In this document: piece by piece, positions 25,819 to 37,876 of the stretch
How positions within the stretch are numbered: the first letter of the stretch is position 1
Layout: each line of letters starts with the position of its first letter
From: Heptranchias perlo
Lineage: Eukaryota
Assembly (NCBI RefSeq): GCF_035084215.1
Contig: NC_090367.1
Location: 3,038,001-3,102,000 of the forward strand
DNA length: 64,000 bases
Direction of reading: 5' to 3'
Position numbers and translations under genes: made by a program
Notes under the pieces: model-generated
Database searches by the model: none
Told to the model about the DNA's origin: nothing
The model's input: the letters and a program-made list of their open reading frames with translations, nothing else

Positions 25819-26540
25819 ATGGACGAAGGCAGAATGGTCCCATTCAATGACAATGCCCTGAAGGACTGCTGTAGAAGGTCCTGCAGTGAAAGGTGGCTCT
25901 ATTCAAAAGGAAGAGGCCACCCTGCAATGAAGAGCAGTGCCAGAGCAGCATGAACAGAGGTGACAAGAGTAAGTAAATGCTGTTTCACCTGTGACCTGAA
26001 CTTAGAAGCAGATGAGGAAAAATTTGGCGATTTTCACAACTTTATGAAGGTGAGTGGTGCTGATGTGCACCTTAGTTTTACAATATTTTACAAACTTCAC
26101 TTCAAACTAAATTTGGTGTTCTATTAGAGAGGAAAGATGCAGTATATGTTATAGTACTATGCACTGTATAGTACTTACATATTCCCAGACCTGTTGGACC
26201 CGAACATTGTGAACTGAGATCATCTCAGATATGTTTACACTGGGCACTATTAATTGTGCAAAGCATCAAGCACCAAGGGCAGTGACACCATAAGGTCCCT
26301 CAATATTATGATGTTTACTTGGCCTGGGCACTTGAGTGGCACACATTATATTGTATATTCATCTTTCCAACATATGCCCCTTTCATACATGCTTGCAGGA
26401 GGAGACTGCAAATAACAGAAGGCTGCACCTGCAGATAGGAAGAGGGTCACCAAAGCTGCAACTGTGACTCCTTATGAGGAGAGAGCATTGAAGATTCTGG
26501 GCATGGAGGTAATAGAGGGAGTGGGAGAGCTGAAGGTCTC
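25819..26540 (+). pseudogene. PIF/Harbinger Myb/SANT-like ORF relic (two exons)
   Basis: Decayed RMVPFNDNAL...VNAVSPV...KQMRK...K|gtgagt (26050); acceptor ttgcag| at 26398, then EETANNRRLHLQIGRGSP...TPYEERALKILG. Several stops and frameshifts. Confidence 0.6.
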
Positions 26541-26779
26541 CCCCCTCCCTCCCAAAGTTCATGACTACCATCTTCTGGTTCTCATTCTTTTTGCCCTTAC
26601 TCATACACTCCCTCACACACAGGCATACAATAGCATTCCAGCATAACCCAATGGAATGTCTAGCCATGTGCAGCTGTTTCAAGAGAAGTCTTACTATTTA
26701 TATAATAAAAGATCTTCTGTTCTGCAGGTCCCTAAAAGGCAGTGTCATTGCCCATTAACAAGATAGAGAGAGAGAGAGA

Positions 26780-27310
26780 CAATGATTGAAGCAGAAACCA
26801 GTCAACATTTAAGAATAGGTTAGATAGATGGTTGAAGGAAGGGGCATAAAGGGATTTGGGAACAGGGCAGGTACATGGGGCCAGGGCTGCTACTCATGTG
26901 CAGGATAGACTGTTTCCCTGTTGTAATGTCAACATAATTTTAAAATTAGAGAAATTCATTGGAGAAACTGTTATCACTGGCAGGAGGGCCAGTAACCAGA
27001 GGACAGCCAGTAACCAGAGGACACTGATCTAAGGTAATTGACCAAAGAACCTGGGGGCAGATGAGAATTTTGTTTTTAAACGCAGTGAGTTGTTATGATC
27101 TGGAATGCGCTGCCTGAAAGGGCGGTGGAAGCAGATTCAATAGTAACTTTCAAAAGGGAATTGGATATATATACTTGAAAAGGAAAAAAATTGCAGAGCT
27201 ACGGGGAAAGAGCAGGGGAAGTGGAACTAATTGGAGAGCTCTTTCAAAAGAGCCAGCACAGGCACAATGGGCTGAATGGCCTCCTTATGTGCTGTATGAT
27301 TCTATAATTC
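26780..27310 (+). mobile_element. CR1 LINE 3' fragments
   Basis: tggaatgcgctgcctgaaagggcggtggaagcag...ggctgaatggcctcct tail; internal 18-bp duplication at about 26988-27023. Confidence 0.75.
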
Positions 27311-27468
27311 TACACAATCTACAGGATTCACTGCAGCAACTCACTAAGGTTACTTTAACAACACCTCCCCATGCTGACTTGGACATTTATCTACATTTCT
27401 TCATCATCACCTAACACCGTGGTTGGAACACCATCAACACCCAGGACTGCAGTGTTTCTACAAGGCTC

Positions 27469-27509
27469 ACACCACCACCACCACCACCACCACCACCACC
27501 ACCACCACC
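27469..27509 (+). repeat. (CAC)n microsatellite expanded inside a decayed LINE family B tail
   Basis: About 13 CAC units flanked by aaggctca...cttctcagggcaa, the caccaccacctt segment of the LINE tail. Confidence 0.9.
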
Positions 27510-27654
27510 TTCTCAGGGCAAGTAGGGCATTAAATATGGCCCACCCACATAACCGAGAATATAAATGTTACACGTAAATTCGTTGAATAAACAATTTCGC
27601 TCTATTTTACGAACCTGTTAAAACCCTCACAAACCTTCTATCTGGCTCTCATCC

Positions 27655-27890
27655 AGCGCTTGCGCACTACAGATATGGAGGGGGGGGGGAGGGAAAGGAG
27701 AGTTCGCGCATGCGCGGGAGGCAATCTTACGTCGCCGCGAGGCAGCTGCGCAGGCGCACTGACTATTTTTTTTTGGGCGGTAAACGGCCCAAGCGCATGA
27801 ATGTTCGTTTTTTTTTGAAAAATCCGTTGGCCGCGTGCGGGAATCTTTCCGAGAGAAGCGACTGAGGAGGAACGAGGCAAACAACGAACA
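27655..27890 (+). promoter_or_regulatory. CpG-rich TOP6BL promoter with NRF1, MYB and CHR-like motifs
   Basis: GCGCATGCGC at 27706-27715 plus two variants (27656, 27747), TTTGAA at 27814-27819 and CCGTTG at 27824-27829, immediately upstream of the ATG exon. Confidence 0.7.
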
Positions 27891-27915
27891 TCAAATATAA
27901 ACACATGTGGATATA

Positions 27916-27936
27916 ATGGAGTCAGCAGTACGTCAG
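27916..27936 (+). CDS. TOP6BL: TOP6BL exon 1 (MESAVRQ)
   Basis: Strong Kozak ataATGg; donor CAG|gtaaat; phase 0 matches exon 2. Confidence 0.8.
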
Positions 27937-28384
27937 GTAAATGGAATCAGAGTGCGTGCTGTCTCCCCCTTCAATGGGATGATAAAACCGAAAAGAAATG
28001 CACGTAGAGTGAGCCACCCAGTCATTCGGAGATTTCAAAACTGGATAGAAAAAGCCGTTTTTTTTTTCCAAAGCTGAATTGCATAAAATAAAGTGGTTCA
28101 GTCATTGCATAAGAAAATGAGCCCATTTTGCATATAGTGTTTCAAACCATTTTCAACATGTCCACAGCCTTTAAATCCCCTCGCTGCTTTTGGAGTGAGG
28201 AAAATGGTGGCCACCTTATTTGGTTGGGGGTTGGGTTGCTTTTTCCTATTTCCCATTATTGCCTTGCCTCAATGATGATGCACATGGCAAACTCATCAGG
28301 GTCTATTGGGTTTAATCCATTAATGGGTTAGTACTGTGCAACCAGCCCTTGCAGAGGTTCTGCAAGTTTATCCAATAACCAGCT

Positions 28385-28710
28385 GATCCACACATACAGG
28401 GAAGATCCCATGTTTGTATCCCCTTTGTGTTGAGTTAGCTGATCACAACCGAGAGGGCAGTAGGTGTGCTATAATTGGATTTTGTTTCCCCAAATGAGGG
28501 AGGGGAAAACTAGCAAGGTTTCCTGCTCATGATCACAACTGACTCCAATTCTGTAGAGGTTGTGTGAGGGCACAATTGGGCTTGCTTGTATGCCCATAGT
28601 GGTTGAATAGCCTGGCAATGCTCATTGTATAGGTTCACACATGAAAAACAGCCATTTAGAGGAAGTACCAGAGGGCAACCACTGTCTGTAGAGTTGTAAG
28701 GAGTCAACCT
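28385..28710 (+). mobile_element. Ancient SINE-like repeat family (other copies near 6380-6510, 35410-35740, 37470-37830, 38925-39260, 40380-40660, 57590-57870, 61330-61700)
   Basis: Recurrent tgagttagctgatc...gggttcctgctcctgatc...aatagcctg...gtaccagagg motif chain in both orientations. Confidence 0.7.
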
Positions 28711-29023
28711 ACTGACCCAGAGGCAAGAGTGCTACCAACTGAGCCAAGCTGACATCCTAAATTGATTTTGTTTCTCAATTGTTGGATGATGTATGATGCT
28801 ATCAGGGCCAGGCTAAAGAGAGGGGGAAATTCTGCTTATGATATTACATGGGCCGGGTTATCTTCCCCATTTAAAGTGGCGTTTTTTTTAAACAGCATTG
28901 CATGGCTAATTCTAGATATGAATCAACATACCTACATTGAACATAAAGTATTCAGCACAAGTCAGTCTTTAATGTTAGTCATGACCCATATCATCAGTTG
29001 GACACAGTATGTTTTGCTTCCAG

Positions 29024-29171
29024 ATTATAGAATACCTCATTGTTCATATTGAAAATGACAACAGGAGATTTAGAAGATCAGCTGAGCTGGAAGGAGATCT
29101 GCTTGTATTAGTTAATGCAGTAAACCCCACCGTGCGCTTCCACAAGGAATGTGTCTTCTGTATTGTAACAG
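29024..29171 (+). CDS. TOP6BL: TOP6BL exon 2
   Basis: ttccag|IIEYLIVHIENDNRRFRRSAELEGDLLVLV...CVFCIVT|gtaaat; aligns with recalled human ILRFLIIH...LEGQLVISI...HCVTT. Confidence 0.88.
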
Positions 29172-29311
29172 GTAAATGCACAATAACATACAAACCAGCA
29201 CTCAGATTTGATAGCAACCAAAGTGAAACGTAACATTTAATCCCATATGTGTCAAATATCAAATTGTTTTTATTCACTATGTTAATTTTCTAATGATTCC
29301 TATTTGACCAG

Positions 29312-29365
29312 TTGCAGCTGCTGGACAATGGATTTCCAACAATCAAACAGATCATTTTTACAAAG
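29312..29365 (+). CDS. TOP6BL: TOP6BL exon 3
   Basis: VAAAGQWISNNQTDHFYK; ag/gtaag boundaries; phases 1/1. Confidence 0.85.
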
Positions 29366-30101
29366 GTAAGAACTTTAAACAATAAATCTCAACGCTCCAA
29401 AATCTATTTAGTTCTAAACTGGTTCATATTCACTGCTGTCCACTTTCCTTTTAAAACATGTAAAAGCCCAGTGATTGGGAAGGCCCTGGGTTTCTGCCAG
29501 TGATGCTGCTGGTAGGGATGCAAAACTGGCCCAAGGTGGCTGGTCCTCCAATTTCACACCTCTTGGAGGAAGATTTCCTCTTTGCATCAGGTGTAGTGGA
29601 AATTGTAAATAAGGTATTTATACACAGGTTTGCAATTTTGCTACACCTTTTACACAGAGAAAAACTACCACTCCCACCCACCAAGTGGGAAAGCAGCTGG
29701 CCTCGTCTCATTATTTCTCAACAACAGTACAGAATAGATTAGTAATTCATCACTGTGTTAGTGAAGCAGAGTGGCAATATTTCCTCTTGTTACTATTTTT
29801 ACTGAAATCACAATTGCATGCGATTGGAACATTTTTACAATTTTGCTAGAAATAGCACATTATGTGGAAATACCAAAGGAAATCTGGGGTGCAAAGTAAC
29901 ATCCCACTGCTCTGTGTGCAACGCATTGGACGTCTGACAGACACCAATGTGTTTTATTTCTTGTGACATCACCCCTGTAAAGAGTACTTTATGCAAAGTG
30001 AAAACCCCTCCAGATCCTAAAACTGTTAGACTTTACAAAATAAAATGACTCTAATTGTATGTATTTGTGTTTGTTTTAGTAATTTTGATCTCTTTCTTCA
30101 G

Positions 30102-30211
30102 TAATAGAAAAGCTGTTACTCCAGCTATCCTTAAGTATGGTGCAACCAGATGCTGAAAGTGCAGATTTAAATCAAAAGTTCATCTCTTCAGAAGTCAGGC
30201 TGACATTTGAG
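30102..30211 (+). CDS. TOP6BL: TOP6BL exon 4
   Basis: tttcttcag|VIEKLLLQLSLSMVQPDAES...EVRLTFE|gtataa; phases 1/0. Confidence 0.8.
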
Positions 30212-30852
30212 GTATAAAAAGTACAGTAGATCCCCACTAGATGCCACCAACTGTTTGTTTATTACTTCTACTTGTGTTTTTAGGAGGAGGAAGAAGGACA
30301 AGCTACAAAGTAGCAAAATTCATTGCCATTTTTGTAATTATGTACGGGCTGAATATAAGTGGATATATATGTATAATAAGGGCTCCTGATGAATGGCTCA
30401 GCTGGTTATGGCAGTGAATAGTTGGGACCTTCCTGGTCTGTACGGCTGAGTACCTTGCTACTTGAACTAGCCAAGCCATTGGATAAGCTCATTTCTGTTA
30501 ATTTCTTGCAGGACCTGAAATAGCCACAGATTATATCTAACACTCCTTTATGTCATGGGCCAACTAAGTATTTTTGACAGGCTTTACATATTGTATTTGT
30601 TTATGACTTTGTAAAGTATCATAGTAATTTTTTTGTTCTGTTATTTTTCTTGGTGTATTTTCACTCAGGGCTCAAGAATAAACAGGAAAATATTGAGCAA
30701 TATGTAGGAAATGTCTAGATCATGATCATGGGGCCTCTGCTTAAAAACTTGCGGTTCCTTCTACCACGGAACTTGAATTATGAATTGTTGGTTAATCACT
30801 TTAACACAGTTTTCCTTCCCCCAAATCAATCTATTTTTTCTCTGTTAATTAG

Positions 30853-30936
30853 ACTTCTGAAAGGAGCTGCATTGTGATGACAGATTGCTTAACTATCAAG
30901 CATTTCTTACACAGAATCAGTATTGTCCATCCACAG
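30853..30936 (+). CDS. TOP6BL: TOP6BL exon 5
   Basis: TSERSCIVMTDCLTIKHFLHRISIVHPQ versus recalled human LMTDCLVIKHFLRKIIMVHPK. Confidence 0.92.
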
Positions 30937-31673
30937 GTATTGAATATGAAGGACATACCACAGCAGTTGGGTGACCTAGGAAAAATAAAACATGAAATCA
31001 TGTTAGAATATATAGCCTGTCAACTTGTTTCTTCACTTTGAGGCCAATACATTGAGCCTTCAAACATGGAATGTCAGCTGGCCAGCTGGGGATCATGAAT
31101 TACAGGGGTGGATCTGTCTGGAGTCCAGGAGGTTCAGAGGCTCAGTGGGGTGTGTCATAGTTTGTGGAAGGGTGGGGAGGAAATCGGTTGAAGCCAAGTT
31201 GAGGGTAAGTTTCTATTTTTTGTAAATTTATGTATTTGTGATAAATTTGTTTAGGTGTATATAGGGGATGGGTGAGGGCCATAGTTGCTATATCTCAAAG
31301 AATTTGTTTTTTGCTAGAATACAGTTGTTACAACATTTTCGGTTAGAAGGTGTTTGGGGACAAATTGAAAATGGAGGGAAAAGTTTTGCAAAAATGAATG
31401 GTAAATAAGAATTGTGGAAAATAACAATAACCAATTAGAAAGGTGAAAAGCACAAGAGACATAACCAATGAAGAAGAGAAGATTTTGAGCCAAATAGAAG
31501 ATAGAAAGTGACAGTCACAATGGACATAAAACAAATTTCTTACAAAAGATATACTTTCAAATATAAGTTAGATATAAGTGCAGTCCTGTTCTTTAAAATG
31601 TATTGGTTTTGAACTATATTCTTAAACAGAAATCTCTAAAAACTGTAAATAAGAAAAAAGCTTTCTCTTTTAG

Positions 31674-31729
31674 GTAAAAATCCAGTTTTATGTCAAAGTA
31701 AATGATGTTCTGTCGACTCAAATCTTTGG
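31674..31729 (+). CDS. TOP6BL: TOP6BL exon 6
   Basis: VKIQFYVKVNDVLSTQIFG versus recalled human VRFHFSVKVNGILSTEIFG; canonical splice sites. Confidence 0.92.
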
Positions 31730-32689
31730 GTAAGAATATTCACTTACTATCACATCACTAGAGCAGTGTTTGGAATATTATTTGATATTGTTTGTTATTA
31801 GTATGAAATAACTCTTTAGGATCTTGCAGTCTCACCCTTCATAAACCTTACTAATCCAGAACTCCATGATCCGTATCCTCTTCCGTACAAAAGCCTGCTC
31901 ACCATTACCCCCTGCTCTGTCAGCTCCACTGGTTCCCTATGTAAAGGCTGAAAAGTGAGCGTTACACAGTGGAGTGGATGGGGCAGAAGACGAGCAGTAA
32001 TCAAGAATTCTCCATTCTTCTAGACTAGAAGAGAACATTTCCCAAAACAGCGGGGGAGGCTATGGATGAGGATTTCGATATTGATTAGCTGGGGTATAGT
32101 GAGCTGAGAGAGCAGGGGGTGATGGTGTTCAGGCTTTTTTATGGAAGAGGACATGTATCGCAGAGTTCTGGATTAGCAAATGCTTGAGATTGTTGGAGAC
32201 TGGTGAGAAACCTATCCTCAATGCGATAAAGGTATGGATAAGTGCTTCAACAGTGACAGTGATTGGATGTGGAGTAGAGTTGTAAACGGACTATATTCTG
32301 GAGAAATAGGCCTAGAATCCCTTCCCCTCCCCCCCCCCCCCCCCCCGATTTTTCAGCAGATTTGAAGTGGACTGGGTCAGCAAATTCATGGACACAATCC
32401 ATTTTGTTGTGCAGCCCCCTTAGTTTCCCACTCCCAGGCACAGCAATGTACAGTACATTGTGGAACGTTAATACTATTGAGGGAAATACTGCTTGATTTT
32501 TCTTTTGCAGGGGAGTAAGGGAAGTAACTTGGTGTTACTTAAATTAAGGGATCATCCAGTAATTGCTGGTGGAGAGAAGTCGTCCATGGTAAATTAAGCA
32601 TACAGGACTGAATGAAGCGAGTTTGAATAACCAAATGTCCTTTTAGGAATGGAATGGGCTTAATGAGGCAAATGGCCAGACTTATGAAG

Positions 32690-32885
32690 GTAGAAAATCT
32701 GATTAATGAATTTCACATATGAATGCTTAACATGCATTTACCACATTGCTGTGTGCATTATTTGTACACAAGCATTAACCGGTTTATTTTAAATGGGTTA
32801 ATATTTGCATAAAAATAACACACACAGGAATGTGGTAAAATTACGTTAGACGTTTGTACATGAACTTTGCTGATCGAATTTCTAC
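32690..32885. mobile_element. Palindromic MITE-like element
   Basis: Ends gtagaaaatctgat...gatcgaattttctac; inner arms tttaccacattgctgtgtg / cacacaggaatgtggtaaa. Confidence 0.7.
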
Positions 32886-33144
32886 TCTATGTTCTTATAT
32901 ACAATGGTAGATACTTAGGTCTTAAACACAAAACATAATCAATGTATAGCCCAAACGGGCTGCATAAATTACAGATGAATGTGTATCTTGAGCAGCCTCT
33001 GCCTTCACAGCATTGGCATTATGTATGTACTAGATATCGCTACTTACAAAACTAAACTGGTATTTTCAGTAAAAAGCAGATGATGAATGAAACACAAATG
33101 CATAGCCTTAGTCCAAACAGTGACTAAAATGCTGTTTTTTTTAG

Positions 33145-33213
33145 GAGTGAGAAACAGGACAATTTTTGCATTAATGGACAAACTGTGCTTTCTGACAGCA
33201 CTCACTACATAAA
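33145..33213 (+). CDS. TOP6BL: TOP6BL exon 7
   Basis: SEKQDNFCINGQTVLSDSTHYI; ttag|...|gtaagt; phases 2/2. Confidence 0.85.
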
Positions 33214-33978
33214 GTAAGTGTGAAATAATTACTTATCTGGATTTTTTTTGTCCTTGGGATGTGCACAACTCTGGCAAGGCCTGTCTGTAGTTGCCCTGAG
33301 AAGCTGGTGGTGGGCCAAGTGATTGTTTTATAACTGAGTGGCTTGCTAGAGGCCTTAAGAGTCAACCACGTAGATCAGATCAGGTAGGGGTGACAGGTTC
33401 CCTTCCCTGAAGGACATCAGTGAACCAGTTGAGTTTTTATGACAATCTGTCAGCTTTCATAGTGATTTTCTTTCTGGTGCCAGCCCACAAATGCCCAGAT
33501 TTATTGAATTCATTTCACAATTTGCCACAGTGAGATGTGAACTCACGATCCCTGGGTTGCTAGTTTATTATGCATTGTGTGATGGGAGCATATGTCAGAA
33601 ATTCGAGCGGAGAAATCAGTGCACTCAATTTGGGGACCACACGATGTTACATCCATTAATTTTGATGGATCAAAAACAATGTGGGCAGCAGTCCAGCAAA
33701 TTACCTGAATTACCAAATTCCTGAAAGTCATTCCTGTCATGCAAAGTTCAGTGGCAAGAATGCTCAATCACAAAATTTACCCCCATTATCCCTCAAGCTC
33801 TTTGATGTCCAGATAGACATCTGTTTGCCTCTTGAATCTTGTATACCACCCACTGCAATGGCCTTCCCACAACTGCACCACCACCATTTTATTTTGATTA
33901 AAGAAAATTATCTTAGTAAACCCCATATATAATTCTTTTTGCAAATTATGCTATTACTTTATCTTTTTTTCTGAGCAG

Positions 33979-34171
33979 AGACTTTGGGTGTGCAGCTGAT
34001 TCACATTGCTGCAGGCTCCACCCCATTGCTGGGAAGTCTTTCCCTCTTTCCGTTCCTAACAAACTAGCAGAAGATGGAATGTGTGGAGTGCTTGAGATAT
34101 TACCAATAGCAGCTATCTGTCCTTGCCTTAAGAACTACCCCAACAAACCCACTAGAGTTTCCAGTGTATCT
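33979..34171 (+). CDS. TOP6BL: TOP6BL exon 8
   Basis: DFGCAADSHCCRLHPIAG...GVLEILPIAAICPCLKNYPNKPTRVSSVS; ends at a U12-type donor GTATCCTT. Confidence 0.88.
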
Positions 34172-34871
34172 GTATCCTTAACTGAAAGGGTATACAACAT
34201 GTGTGGGTATAAATGGGAGATGAGTTTCTCTGCTGAAGTACATACTTGTGACATGCTTCTATTAGTGTGCAATGTCCACTATATGTTATGATGGCAATGG
34301 GGGTAGATATGATCAAGCATGAGCTTTTGCACTAGCACTGGGGAAGGGTGAATCGATGTTCATTTCCTCATGAACACCAAGCAGAAGTTGGCTTTGCTTG
34401 AACAGTTTGGCATTCTGGCACTTGAACTGTGCCTTCCTTGTGAGTTTCCCTGAAATTACTATTTTCAGCAGCTCCCACTGAATTACAAAGGCATGTAAAT
34501 GAGTACCACATTAATATGAAAATTAGGATAGAATGCTGCAAATACCACTGAAACTATCATTTTGTGCTATCATAAAAGAGTTTGAACATTTTACACAACT
34601 ATGGATATTAACGGCAGTTATGGGTCAGGTGAACACCATGTTTGTGATTTAGCCATTGGATCATGGAGTAGCAGTGGTAAAGGACTATAACCTTAGTATA
34701 TAATTTTACATTTTGTGCTATTTACTATGAATGGTACGTAGTGTAGGGAAAATGATAGATAATGACATGCTGTGGATCTAGCAAATAGTTTCTACAGGTC
34801 TGTAAGAGAGGGAGGTGTATGTAGAGTTTTGATATTTGATAATAACTACAGCACTCCTTGACTTGACACAT
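34172..34871 (+). other. U12 (minor spliceosome) intron with GT-AT termini, TOP6BL intron 8
   Basis: 5' GTATCCTTA; branch site TCCTTGAC at 34855-34862; the frame-preserving, alignment-consistent acceptor 10 nt after the branch A is AT (34870-34871). Confidence 0.72.
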
Positions 34872-35019
34872 GTATTTATATATGGACCAGCTGACTTGCC
34901 TATATTGTTCAAGGATAGTAAAAATTCCTTGTCTTTCTTCATGGATCCGTCCCATCTAGCAGACTGGAAGCAATACGAACAATATCTGACTCAAAATACA
35001 GACCAAAAGACGGTAGAAG
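34872..35019 (+). CDS. TOP6BL: TOP6BL exon 9 (3' end at 35019 via a GA donor, or 35058 via a GT donor)
   Basis: VFIYGPADLPILFKDSKNSLSFFMDPSHLADWKQY versus recalled human IFLYGPLGLPLI...FFKDTSSLVDWKKY. Confidence 0.85.
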
Positions 35020-37876
35020 GAAAGTTTTTATATTGTTTACTTATTTGTTTAGTCAAAGGTGATACATTATGGTGGTTAAAGTATTGTTTATATGAGCTGC
35101 GTGGATTCTGTGAAATTTCCTTATTTGAGTTGAGGTGATTTTCTGTCACAAAACATGCAAAGTGGATAACATAGGTACAAAATCTTTCCCTTCCCACTGG
35201 GGCAGCCAAGGCACTGTGACATGGACACAAACACTAATATTACAGTAATAAAGATACTCAGAACCCTCATAATAAAAGAGACGGTAAGTCTACAGGGTTC
35301 ATACTTACCAACAGAGCAGCTGTCTAGTTATATTTTTCCAACTTTAATCATTTTCTTTGCTCTTTTCCACCAAGTTCTCCTCAACCCTCCTACTCTCCCG
35401 AAGGTGTTTTCCCCTTGCTGGGATATGGCTCCATCGGCACCCCCACCTTGCCCAAATGGCCATTCATCATCTATTACAGTGAATGTTGGACTGTTTGAGG
35501 GCTATCATGTCTAAGAATGATCCTATGCGGAACTAATCTACACATGTGCATTTCCAGCAGGGCGTCGTTAGGGAGTGATTAGGGGCAGAAATCTGGGTGA
35601 TCTTTCTCCTTCCCTCCCCCAGGAGCATTGAGGCTAATTGTAGCACCCCATTTGCTGCCAGGGCTGAAATCAGCTGACTGCACAGACCAGGGATCAAATT
35701 TGTGATGTTCCTGATCTGTATAGCTCAGTTACTCAAACAGCTAAGACAATGAGGGAGTTTTAAAAAAATCTTAAACATAAGGCACACCTCGTGTAACCTG
35801 CATTGCACTAAGAGAGTTTACAGTTTCTCTGAGGTCTAATTGTGAGTAAGCTGTCATTTTTCTCAGTCTCCACTGAATTTTTGTAAACATTTGGCAGAGA
35901 CAGAAGAAAAAAAACTAGAAGGTGCTGTGTGAGTATTTAACAGTAACAGTGGTCATTCATTGAGTTACCTTCTTTATTATCTGCACAGTAGGGAAACATT
36001 CCAGTCAATCTGTCTGTATGTTCATTTGTGACTATTTTTGCTTTATGTATAAAGTCCTTGAAATACCAACCTCATTTTTGTAGAGACTGGAGAAATAGCA
36101 GTGAAAAATACCCCAGGCTTAATTATAATTAGTGTAATTAGCATTAAAACCTCTGCCCTGCAGCTACATATCTGGCCACATAATAAGGATTCCAATTACT
36201 AGTTTGAAAAAAAATCCACACTGACAAAAATTCTTGAACTTTTTTAAATGAAATAAACAGAAGTAAAAGTACTGTCCACAGACTCAAAAGAAAGTAACCT
36301 TTTGAATATCTTATGCTCCTTTGAGAGATTTTCATCTTGAATGCTCAGTGGGTAGACTGCATGGGACTGACACACAACCTACACAATGAGCATTTATCCA
36401 ACAGACAAACAATTGAGGTGAATTATGCTGTGCAATATTAGTTTATAAGCATTTAATACCTTCATGTGAAACACCTTTGTCTGGAATTTCAATATTTGGA
36501 GGACATGGAACAGCCTGTCAGCCTATTAATCAGCCTGCAAATCCTTCCACAACTTCACACTGTTCTCCAAGGGAAGAGTGTGAAGGTATGAAAACAACAT
36601 TTGGGTTAATAACTCAGTTAAAATAATCGACAAAGGAATATCAGTATAATTTTCAACCCAAATGTCATGATTATTTTAACATTTTAGACAAAAACAGCCA
36701 CAAAGAATGTAACTCCATGTGAATTTAGACATTATCATTAATGCTAATTTTTGGTTCAACATTGAGAGCAGGAATTTTTAAACCCCTAAACAAAAATGGT
36801 TTTGCTAAAAATTGTAAAGCCCAAATTTGGCCACAATGAAAAGGAAAAAGTGTAACATGCTGGAGAGCTCAAGGCAGTATGAAGTTTAAACCACTGTATT
36901 TTATGTTTTGCTGCAATAGCTAGCCCATATTTTACATAAGGAATCTCTCGTATTGTTGCTCACGGTTAGTCAGGGTGAGAAGAGGCCAGGGAATGGATGA
37001 AGAGCAAAGTAGGGTTAAGCAATGGGGTGTAGGAGAGGTTCGCGAGTAGGTGAGTAGCGCAGTAGGTGGCAGGCAGGAGAGGCTAACAAAACAGCCTAAG
37101 AGTGGTTACAGCACTCTGGAGCAAGTAAGAGTAACAGGTGTAACTGTTACCATTGCAGTGTTGCCCACTGATTTCAAAAGTCTTACTGGGGCATTACAGA
37201 GTTACCAATTCAAAGATTTTAATTATATATAACATTATCTGGGTTTATTCAAATCTGGTTGCAATTCACGCTGTACTTACTTTCTTACAGATGCCAATCA
37301 TGTTGTATGAATTGTGTTGCAATGTTAAACTGAACCATCACATTATATGAATTTGTATAAGTTTAACCTGTCCATATGAACTGTATATATTTCTACACTG
37401 TTGCAGGTAAAGCTTGCCCTGAAAGAGTTTCCCTGATGACTCACTGAGTAAATTTGCCATATGTGTAGTGCTAAGCCACAGGATAGAAGGTCCTGGATTC
37501 ATTTCCAGACTGTGCTGAGTTAGCTGACCTCAACTTAGGAAGACGTTGGTGCACCACAATTGCTCTCAATGCCCCTGGTCAATGGAGGGGAACACTGAGC
37601 CAGGGTTCCCACTCCTAATCACTATCCAGTAACCTATGCTGGAGTGTGTGTGCGTTTGGTGAAGATAGGATCCAGCTCAAGTGTGATGTACTGTATGGTC
37701 AAAATCCTGCTAGATTCACACATGAAAAATGGCCAGTTCAGTGAAGTACCAGAGGACTGCTGGCACCACTGGAACTGTACCTCAGTAAAAGCCAACATCT
37801 GCAGGAGAGGGGGAAACAAATCAGAAAACAAATTTTAAAAGCCAATTACACTGTATACATTTGTGTTGTGTTACAG

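Noticed and set aside
27371-27577. Poly-histidine ORF
   Set aside because: A CAC microsatellite expanded inside a LINE tail.
12082-29024. Possible read-through from GPR75 exon 1 into TOP6BL, by analogy with human GPR75-ASB3
   Set aside because: No sequence evidence; TOP6BL has its own promoter and such a splice would skip its ATG.
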